NCBI GenBank assembly: GCA_017395505.1
Contig: JAFPUH010000024.1
Span: 26,561-90,560, forward strand
Direction of reading: 5' to 3'
Length of the DNA: 64,000 nucleotides
From: Kiritimatiellia bacterium
GTDB lineage: Bacteria > Verrucomicrobiota > Kiritimatiellia > RFP12 > UBA1067
Shown: in pieces, positions 45,032 through 51,591 of the stretch
Position numbering within the stretch: the first letter of the stretch is position 1
Layout: each line of letters opens with the position of its first letter
Notes under the pieces: generated by a model
Databases searched by the model: none
What the model saw: only the letters and a program-made list of their open reading frames with translations
What the model was told of the DNA's origin: nothing
Program-made: the position numbers and the translations under genes

Positions 45032-47027
45032 GATCCAACTCTTTCAACCATTCCCTAAGATAACGCGCAACATTTTTATCGGCAATCAAGTCCACCAATT
45101 GCCGATCCGCAACTGTGATTGATTCCCTCTTGTCGCTTTTCCCCCGATTACGCACGAGTGAAAATACTTTTTCAACCAAATCATCGATTTTCTTCTGTGC
45201 AAATGATCCTACCGTTCCATCCTTTAAAACAAATCCATGGCGATATAAGTCAAAAATATTTGCACCAAAAGTTTTTTTCCGCTCCGCACCAATCAAATCA
45301 CTTAAGAGAACAATATTACCCATGGGGACATCAGACAAAATCATAGGTGAATGGGTGGCAAAAATCACATGAACTGATTCCGCAAGCCCTACAGTATCAA
45401 AGAACTTGATTATATTTACCACGATATCCCTTTGTCTTTCGGGATGCAAAGTTGTTTCTGCTTCGTCTAGGAATACGACCATCTCAGGCGAAAATGATCG
45501 CCGAAGCAATCGTACCGGCATATCAATCCTATTATTTTCTTGTGCATAATACTGACGTAATGATCGAGATTCTTTCATTACCATAAGATAATCATAAAGC
45601 CGTGCGAACATTGATAAGAATGACATGTCTCCTGATGACATTACTGGCTGATACGCGAAAGAAAGAAAGTCAAAACGATTCATCGCGACCACATATGAAT
45701 CAAAGAAATTAGAGAACTTGTCCGCATCTTTGAACTTAACGTGGAGTTCATCAATCGAACTTTGATGCTCTTCCGCTGCCGCACATTTGCACCATTTAGC
45801 AAGACGCACGAACACTCGAGTTAATGAACGACGCTCTTCAAGTTCATTAGGATAATATTCTTCTGCGACATCGCCAGGGCGTTGACCCCTAAGTCGTACA
45901 CCTCTACGCAACGCACTTACTAATTTGTAATGGGCCTTAAAGACATGGTTATCATTCTCGTTACAAACGAACTGCAATACTACATTCAATAGCACTGTTA
46001 CTAAATATTCTGCATAGTCAACAGTCAGTATATTATATCTGTCACTAAATAAGCCAGATATGCGAATATACGTGTACACTAGGGCAATAAACGCTCTCAG
46101 AACAAAGCTTCTTTTTGCATGAACACTATCCGCATAATACGCCCCAGAGCGCTCCAACACTTCAACAACACGGATTCTGCCCTGTAACCAAGCTACTATA
46201 GCACTTTTCCCGTCTTTAGCCTTCTCTTCCTCTAACGCTTGTGCCAAGCGTTTCTTTTGCGCTGAAAGCCACCTCTTATTTTCTTGGTATTCTACAGAAT
46301 GAATTGATATGACAATTTCTTTGGGTCGCGGAAGATTAATACCATCATCACCATGAGGTATATTCCTCAATGCCGTCAACCCCATCCTATGTTCCACCGC
46401 AAGATAATTCTTTTGAATACTTTGATGATCATTCAAATCATACGGACGGTTCATTTGCTCTTCAAACCCACCATACATAATACCGTTTGTTGAAAGGTTC
46501 TCCATCGCTGGAGAATTCACCAGGAATTGGTTCTCCGTTGTAAAATGTGGGGAATAATATGCAAATTCAAAATTCCAAAGCGCGTCGTTTTTGTCACAGG
46601 CCCCGCCTTTGCATTGATTGATAGTTGTTATGTGAGTAGGCTTTTCGGGCAACTCCAATGTTGATACTCCACCTGCTAATTGGTTGTTGCTATCATACCA
46701 TTGGACAAACCATTCACTTCCTTTTTCATAAACTATCAGATAGTCAAAACTTGCAGATCCATCTTCTGCAGAACGAACCAACTCTAAATAACGTGCAACA
46801 GAGGTCTTGCCCGATGCATTCTTTCCGACTACTGCACTTACATCTATATCACATGCTCCGTTAGACCCTTTGAAAAATCCTATTGGCAAAACACAACCAG
46901 TTTCTTTGCAGATTAATCTTATAACCGCATCTTTCTTCTCTACAGAAAATGAATACCCTGAATGGAAATTCAATGAAAAATCATCAAATGGAGGATGATC
47001 ATTAATCCACATATACAAAAGTTTCAT
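45009..47027 (-). CDS. Large ABC/SMC-like ATPase (PtuA-like) with a long helical insertion
   Basis: It has Walker A GKNASGKTSV (about residue 70), Walker B VVFLDEAETTLHP (about residue 545) and H-loop FATHSP. Confidence 0.75.
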   Translation of the reverse strand: MKLLYMWINDHPPFDDFSLNFHSGYSFSVEKKDAVIRLICKETGCVLPIGFFKGSNGACDIDVSAVVGKNASGKTSVARYLELVRSAEDGSASFDYLIVYEKGSEWFVQWYDSNNQLAGGVSTLELPEKPTHITTINQCKGGACDKNDALWNFEFAYYSPHFTTENQFLVNSPAMENLSTNGIMYGGFEEQMNRPYDLNDHQSIQKNYLAVEHRMGLTALRNIPHGDDGINLPRPKEIVISIHSVEYQENKRWLSAQKKRLAQALEEEKAKDGKSAIVAWLQGRIRVVEVLERSGAYYADSVHAKRSFVLRAFIALVYTYIRISGLFSDRYNILTVDYAEYLVTVLLNVVLQFVCNENDNHVFKAHYKLVSALRRGVRLRGQRPGDVAEEYYPNELEERRSLTRVFVRLAKWCKCAAAEEHQSSIDELHVKFKDADKFSNFFDSYVVAMNRFDFLSFAYQPVMSSGDMSFLSMFARLYDYLMVMKESRSLRQYYAQENNRIDMPVRLLRRSFSPEMVVFLDEAETTLHPERQRDIVVNIIKFFDTVGLAESVHVIFATHSPMILSDVPMGNIVLLSDLIGAERKKTFGANIFDLYRHGFVLKDGTVGSFAQKKIDDLVEKVFSLVRNRGKSDKRESITVADRQLVDLIADKNVARYLREWLKELDRGKDLIR

Positions 47028-47040
47028 TTAAGCCTCAATT

Positions 47041-47070
47041 ATTTTATCGGTTGACCAACAGCACATTCAA
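47041..47070 (-). promoter_or_regulatory. Candidate promoter (TTGAAT, 18-nt spacer, TAAAAT) of the ATPase-HNH operon
   Basis: The minus strand reads TTGAATgtgctgttggtcaaccgaTAAAATaattGAGGcttaaATG. Confidence 0.45.
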
Positions 47071-47104
47071 CATCGTCTATCTCGCCATCAGTTAATCATA
47101 TAAA

Positions 47105-47248
47105 TCACAATTTTCTCATCTTACCTATCTCGCGGTCGACGAGCCACCGATACCAGAGACCTTGCCAGAAATGCCAGCGGAAACCGGCGATGCCATCGAG
47201 GAAGCCGAGCTTGAGGAAGTAACGGATGAAGAAGTAGCAAAGGTATGG
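47105..47248 (-). pseudogene. Remnant A of a GT2 C-terminal coding segment (about 47 codons plus stop)
   Basis: The minus-strand frame reads PYLCYFFIRYFLKLGFLDGIAGFRWHFWQGLWYRWLVDREIGKMRKL*. This is the GFLDG C-terminal signature of one GT2 subfamily, but no N-terminal part is present. Confidence 0.7.
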
Positions 47249-47271
47249 AACACTTATTGCAATAAGTGTTC
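47248..47271. repeat. 24-bp perfect palindrome, copy 1
   Basis: The sequence gaacacttattgcaataagtgttc lies 5 nt downstream of the wHTH gene stop. Confidence 0.95.
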
Positions 47272-47276
47272 TAATG

Positions 47277-47834
47277 TCAGTTGTTCGCTATGATGAGTCT
47301 AGAGATCTGGTCTTCTGGCAAACAGATTCTGAAGGATTCACCATCAATATTTTGAACAAGGCCGATGTCGATTGCTGGCTTCAAATGCCGCAGCATGGTC
47401 TTGACATTCAACCCCGTTCTGTCGCAGAGGTAGTCCTTGACAACAGGCCCGTTTTCATAGATTATCCGAACGAGCTTTGCCCGCATTACGTTGCCCATAA
47501 CAGCGAGAATCGCACAAAATCGCTCATCACGGGAATCGGATTCCCGCTCAGAACAGAACCGCTCCTCGATTGCGACGGCAATCTTTCGAATCGCGACCGG
47601 CGCATTCTCGGCATCGGCTGTGTAATTAACGAAGCGTCCGGATCTCATTCGGCGAATCAAGCCAAGCCGCCAAAGCTGTCCCAAATATTGACTCGTTGCA
47701 GCCTGCTTGAGCCCGTCGGCAGAATCAACCGCAATCCCGACATTAAGACCATCTCGAGCCTCGCAAACACGGCGGAGCAAGCCCCTTCGCTCGGGATTCG
47801 CCAACTTCCTGCACAACTCCCAGGTCTCAACCAT
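47277..47834 (-). CDS. Tandem winged-helix (ArsR/SmtB-like HTH x2) transcriptional regulator
   Basis: It has two ArsR-like segments: LANPERRGLLRRV...AATSQYLGQLWRLGLIRRMRSGRFVNY and MRAKLVRIIYENGPVVKDYLCDRTGLNVKTMLRHLKPAIDIGLV. GGGAGG lies 11 nt upstream of the ATG. Confidence 0.7.
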   Translation of the reverse strand: MVETWELCRKLANPERRGLLRRVCEARDGLNVGIAVDSADGLKQAATSQYLGQLWRLGLIRRMRSGRFVNYTADAENAPVAIRKIAVAIEERFCSERESDSRDERFCAILAVMGNVMRAKLVRIIYENGPVVKDYLCDRTGLNVKTMLRHLKPAIDIGLVQNIDGESFRICLPEDQISRLIIANN

Positions 47835-47854
47835 GGACGCAGAAACCTCCCTTG

Positions 47855-47878
47855 GAACACTTATTGCAATAAGTGTTC
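47855..47878. repeat. 24-bp perfect palindrome, copy 2
   Basis: It is identical to copy 1, and 27 nt including the flanks are identical. It lies between the candidate promoter and the RBS of the wHTH gene. Confidence 0.95.
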
Positions 47879-47939
47879 TCGTTAATTGAATCGACTGCTG
47901 ATGGATGGATGAGCTGCATGGATGATTAATTTCGCTTGT

Positions 47940-47948
47940 ATTGTATCA
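47940..47948 (-). promoter_or_regulatory. Extended -10 (TGATACAAT) for the wHTH regulator gene
   Basis: The minus strand reads gtaTGATACAATacaagcg. It lies between palindrome copies 3 and 2. Confidence 0.4.
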
Positions 47949-47977
47949 TACTATCCGCCATTATTAAAGGAGGTATG

Positions 47978-48001
47978 GAACATTTATTGCAATAAGTGCG
48001 C
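47978..48001. repeat. 24-bp palindrome, copy 3 (imperfect)
   Basis: The sequence is gaacatttattgcaataagtgcgc, with the same upstream flank, GGTATG, as copy 1. Confidence 0.9.
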
Positions 48002-48057
48002 TAGACATTTTGGAGATTGGAGATTTCACGGCTTGGATAGTTAGGAGTGGACAAAGG

Positions 48058-48104
48058 AGCGGAAACCAGCGATGGTTAAGGAAGCCGAGTTTAAGGAAAT
48101 ATTG
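48058..48104 (-). pseudogene. Remnant B of the same GT2 C-terminal segment (short)
   Basis: The minus strand reads QYFLKLGFLNHRWFP. Nucleotide similarity to remnants A and C covers the YFLKLGFL(D) region. It abuts the stop of the 298-aa gene. Confidence 0.55.
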
Positions 48105-48105
48105 T

Positions 48106-49002
48106 CTAATTACCCCTACCTTTATTCATCTCTTCTTGATTCACCTTATACTCTTCAAGCGCACCATCGCATTCTAATGCCAATATTGACGCAATACATA
48201 ATTGATATAAGTTGTCATACCAGTGTTCAAGCTGTCCTTCGGTCAGCGATCCAGCAAATGGTTTATACTTAGGGGACTCGGGCGCCATGTTGTTGTGCCG
48301 AACATCCAACTGATTCGCAATATTAAATAATGCACTAGCAATTCTAGGTGATAAACTTGTGAGAACGTCTCGTTTAGCTTCCAAGTGGTGGCAAACACTA
48401 TTCAGCACTGCCCTTTTCCCATCAATATTCCCCTTTAATGACCGATGTCCATATCTCATTATATCAGTGCATAATGCTTTATCAACAGATTTCGCTGCCT
48501 CTATAGCTCCTATATCGTTGGGCACCGCTTGACAAACACAATCTTGCTCTATCATTGTATAGCCACAACCAGAAAGCGAATCATATACTTGTTGTATACT
48601 AGGCGACACCAACAATGATATATCCGATGCCGGGAGGACATTTGTTGATCTCAGACCTTTAAGCATTGTGGCAATATATTCGCAAAGCAACAAATATGTA
48701 TCAAAGTCTGGAATTGGCAACTTCCACGAGGACAATGAAGCGAATGTAATATTACATGCACTATCGTAGTCAAACAGATTTCGGTACGTCTTCCTAATAG
48801 AAGTCGGGAAAATAGCAAAGTTATCCTGACATAAATACGCAAGCGAATGGTCCTGCCTAATTCTAGAGCTTGTGCACATATAAATGGCACGGGGAAACTG
48901 ATCCTCTATCGCCCCGTAAAATTCTTTCCATAATATTGCGAATTCCCTTTTTACGTCAAAACCAAGTTCTTGTAATATGTCTTTAAAAGACTTTCGTGAC
49001 AT
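48106..49002 (-). CDS. 298-aa hypothetical protein, no recognisable domain (orphan cassette gene)
   Basis: It is a clean ORF with GGAGG 8 nt upstream of the ATG. It is A+T-rich and lacks a signal peptide or TM segments. The C-terminal half looks helical. Confidence 0.65.
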   Translation of the reverse strand: MSRKSFKDILQELGFDVKREFAILWKEFYGAIEDQFPRAIYMCTSSRIRQDHSLAYLCQDNFAIFPTSIRKTYRNLFDYDSACNITFASLSSWKLPIPDFDTYLLLCEYIATMLKGLRSTNVLPASDISLLVSPSIQQVYDSLSGCGYTMIEQDCVCQAVPNDIGAIEAAKSVDKALCTDIMRYGHRSLKGNIDGKRAVLNSVCHHLEAKRDVLTSLSPRIASALFNIANQLDVRHNNMAPESPKYKPFAGSLTEGQLEHWYDNLYQLCIASILALECDGALEEYKVNQEEMNKGRGN

Positions 49003-49056
49003 GACACAACCTCCTCATTACATTTTCACGACCGACTCTACGCAGGCGAAGGTTTG

Positions 49057-49080
49057 GATCACTTATTGCAATAAGTGTGC
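49057..49080. repeat. 24-bp palindrome, copy 4 (imperfect)
   Basis: The sequence gatcacttattgcaataagtgtgc lies about 55 nt upstream of the start of the 298-aa gene. Confidence 0.9.
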
Positions 49081-49143
49081 TAAGAGAGACAAGGGGAGCT
49101 ATACCAATATATATCACGTGTGTGACTAAGTGCGCGAAAAGTC

Positions 49144-49320
49144 TCAACTGGACTTTCCCCTTTTCAACCTACCTATCTCACGATCCACGAGCAATCGATA
49201 CCACAAGCCTTGCCAGAAATGCCAACGCCAACCGGCGACACCATCAAGAAAACCAAGTTTAAGAAAATAGCGGATGCAGAAGTAGGCGAAGGCGCGGAAG
49301 TAGGGTGCGAGCGCATACAG
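49144..49320 (-). pseudogene. Remnant C of the GT2 C-terminal segment (58 codons plus stop)
   Basis: The minus strand reads LYALAPYFRAFAYFCIRYFLKLGFLDGVAGWRWHFWQGLWYRLLVDREIGRLKRGKSS*. It begins right after the stop of the GT4 gene and aligns with remnant A at the DNA level. Confidence 0.7.
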
Positions 49321-49324
49321 AATC

Positions 49325-50461
49325 TCATGCTACCGATAGTCTTCTTGCACTCGTTGGCAAAGGTTTCGATGTCAACAGACATTCATAAATCTTGCTAAGG
49401 TCGGCCGCTATACTATCCCAAGAATACTTTTCAACAACAAGCGCGCGCCCTCTTTCACCCATTTCATCCCTTTGTTCGTCAGTCATTGATGTTGCGCATT
49501 TTAGTGCCTCTGCGATAGAATCAACACTTATCTCCGTCCACCATCCGCAGTTTTTCTCCAAAAGATCACCCCATGGCGCCCCTTTTGTGGTTATGACCGG
49601 GATTCCCGCATACAAAGCCTCTGCCACCACAATACCAAAATTCTCTGTATGTGTAGGCAAAATAAATAGATCGCTCCTTCTATAAGCCTCCCACTTTTTA
49701 TCGTCCGACAATGGCCCTGTAAATATAAAGTCCCCTTGAAGCCCATATTCACAAACCGCGCTTTCAACAACCTTTTGGTAATCATCTGCATCGGTTCCAA
49801 CGATTTCCATCTTCCAGCCAAGAGGTCTCACCTTTGCCCATGCCTTAACCAGATTCAACAACCCCTTTTTCTTATGAATACGGCTTACAAACACCGCCCT
49901 TCTGCACCCGTCGCCATGACGATTCCACTCAGGAAGTTTCTCAGGGAAAATCACCCCGTTAGTGTTGTAATATACTGGAGTATCGCCGCAAAACTTCCTT
50001 ATCTGACGAATCTCATTATCCGCAGTAGAATGTATTGCTAATGCATGACGCATATCATACCCCTGATACGTCCAGAGAGCCGGATACTTCTTCCACCATT
50101 TCTGCTTAAGGCTCCACTCGTCAAGTGTTCCATGTGGTGTAAGGATATATGGAACATTATTTCTTCGCGCCGCAACAGCACAAGCATGTAGCCTTGGCAT
50201 CCAAAAGTCATTTAACTGTATAATGTCTGGGCGCAACTCATGGATCAAACCTTCTACAAGACGGATAGTTTCAATATAACTTGGTGAGCCAAGATTTAGA
50301 TAGTTTCTCACTCCTTGAACCCAGGGAGGGGGGCACTCGTCCAAAGCAACAAGCCAAGCGTCTACGCCACACTTGTCCAACCCCGCGACAAGGCCTTGCA
50401 CAGTCCTTGCAGGACCTCCGTACTCTTCCGACAAGGTCTTTACTATCTGAACTACTTTCAT
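49325..50461 (-). CDS. Glycosyltransferase family 4
   Basis: It starts MKVVQIVKTLSEEYGGPART and contains ...TENFGIVVAEALYAGIPVITT. An ATGA overlap joins it to the upstream gene. The last ~15 codons look like read-through into junction DNA. Confidence 0.85.
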   Translation of the reverse strand: MKVVQIVKTLSEEYGGPARTVQGLVAGLDKCGVDAWLVALDECPPPWVQGVRNYLNLGSPSYIETIRLVEGLIHELRPDIIQLNDFWMPRLHACAVAARRNNVPYILTPHGTLDEWSLKQKWWKKYPALWTYQGYDMRHALAIHSTADNEIRQIRKFCGDTPVYYNTNGVIFPEKLPEWNRHGDGCRRAVFVSRIHKKKGLLNLVKAWAKVRPLGWKMEIVGTDADDYQKVVESAVCEYGLQGDFIFTGPLSDDKKWEAYRRSDLFILPTHTENFGIVVAEALYAGIPVITTKGAPWGDLLEKNCGWWTEISVDSIAEALKCATSMTDEQRDEMGERGRALVVEKYSWDSIAADLSKIYECLLTSKPLPTSARRLSVA

Positions 50462-51591
50462 CGCTTGACACTCCGCTTCTCCCCAATGCATAGAGGCAAA
50501 TATTTCTTAAACACAAAATGCACACAAAGGCTAACAATTACAGCTATGCCAGAAACGAGCAACGCATAAGCCCCAAAGGCAACAAGCCCCTTTTGCGGAA
50601 TAGAGGTCGCGCCTGGCATCTTAAGCAACAAACCCATTATCAAATACTTATGCACCATCATTATAGTTATTGATGCCCCGCCAACCGTCACCAGAGCTCG
50701 AAGCTTGACGAATTGTGAAAGCCATGCGCTCGCATATATCCCCAATACAGCAAAACATACAAATGCCCCGTACCACAATAATGATATTTTTCTCACCCAT
50801 GAATCAGGGGCAAGCAAGGCGCAGCACATAACACATACAATCAACAGCAATGAGACTGCCGAATACTTGAACTCATTTTTATCAATGCAATACTTACCAA
50901 TAAGAAAAAAGCAGAATGCTTCAGGCACACGAATCAAACCCCACGGTAATATCCAATTTTCAAAGCGAATACAAACGCAAGAAAGCACCACCATCAAACA
51001 GACATTCGCGATTCGCAAAGGTCTCGTACTCAGTAATCGATCCGATCCATACGCAAACAGCTCAACAACAAATAGGCATGGCAAGAACCATAAGACGCTA
51101 TTCATCTTTAGCCCAACCCCCAAGGGCCACCCACTGGCATAAAGAATAGCGACCATCTGTTTCCACAATGGCAAGACCGCACTGGAAGCATCACTGTAGT
51201 ATGTATCCGTTGCAATTGATACTGCCGACGAGAAGCCCCCCGAAATTAACGTATAGATGACAGCCGAAAGTACCGCAAAAAAGAAATACGGGACTAGCAG
51301 CCTATTGACCTTTTTGACTAAATAAGCCTTAACGCCTATATCACTGCCACGCCAAACAACACCAGCCAATGCAAAAAACGCAGGCATATGGAAAAGGTAT
51401 ATAGTGTTTCTTAAAAGAGAAAAGAAATCATTTGCGTTGGTATCCCCCATGTGTGAGGCCATGCCAAACGCATGGCCAAGCACTACGAGAAGCGTGAGAA
51501 GCCCTCGCCACCTATCAACCCATTCTATACGTTGTCTGTATTGGTGCATAAATATCATATCTTGGATTATATGAACCTCGGACATTTGCAA
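50458..51591 (-). CDS. Acyltransferase family 3 (O-acetyltransferase-type membrane protein)
   Basis: It contains RIEWVDRWRGLLTLLVVLGHAF and about 10 TM helices. The start is uncertain (ATG 51591, 51558 or 51549), and all options overlap the wzy end. Confidence 0.8.
   Translation of the reverse strand: MQMSEVHIIQDMIFMHQYRQRIEWVDRWRGLLTLLVVLGHAFGMASHMGDTNANDFFSLLRNTIYLFHMPAFFALAGVVWRGSDIGVKAYLVKKVNRLLVPYFFFAVLSAVIYTLISGGFSSAVSIATDTYYSDASSAVLPLWKQMVAILYASGWPLGVGLKMNSVLWFLPCLFVVELFAYGSDRLLSTRPLRIANVCLMVVLSCVCIRFENWILPWGLIRVPEAFCFFLIGKYCIDKNEFKYSAVSLLLIVCVMCCALLAPDSWVRKISLLWYGAFVCFAVLGIYASAWLSQFVKLRALVTVGGASITIMMVHKYLIMGLLLKMPGATSIPQKGLVAFGAYALLVSGIAVIVSLCVHFVFKKYLPLCIGEKRSVKR

Noticed and set aside
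43733-47100. Retron-type Septu (reverse transcriptase plus msr/msd) associated with the ATPase-HNH pair.
   Set aside because: No reverse-transcriptase ORF is present, and I see no long inverted repeats or a structured non-coding region flanking the operon.
47271-47288. ATGTCAGTTG next to palindrome copy 1 matches the core of the 22-bp array at 8.2 kb.
   Set aside because: A single 10-nt match in 128 kb of two-strand sequence is within chance expectation. No second half-site or 22-bp periodicity is present here.
47274-47885. A plus-strand 203-aa ORF covering the wHTH cassette.
   Set aside because: It is exactly antisense to the ArsR-like gene. It has no RBS and no recognisable motifs, whereas the minus-strand product shows two clear wHTH patterns and a GGGAGG RBS.
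47970-47997. A mini-ORF, ATG GAA CAT TTA TTG CAA TAA (MEHLLQ*), formed by the palindrome and preceded by AAGGAGG. Similar frames exist at the other copies.
   Set aside because: The GGAGG is only 1 nt from the ATG, which is too close for a functional SD. The start codon is not conserved (TTG in copies 2 and 4). Conservation is at the level of the DNA palindrome, not the peptide.
47855-48001. The idea that palindrome copies 2 and 3 are inverted repeats of an invertible promoter switch (fimS-like) flanking the TGATACAAT element.
   Set aside because: No invertase or recombinase gene is in the window. In the flipped orientation the promoter would only read antisense into the orphan gene. An operator function explains the positions more simply. 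It is kept only as an alternative to test with long reads.
47105-49329. Integron gene-cassette array with attC sites.
   Set aside because: No intI gene, attI or Pc is present. The palindromes lack the RYYYAAC / GTTRRRY core sites and the extrahelical-base asymmetry of attC.
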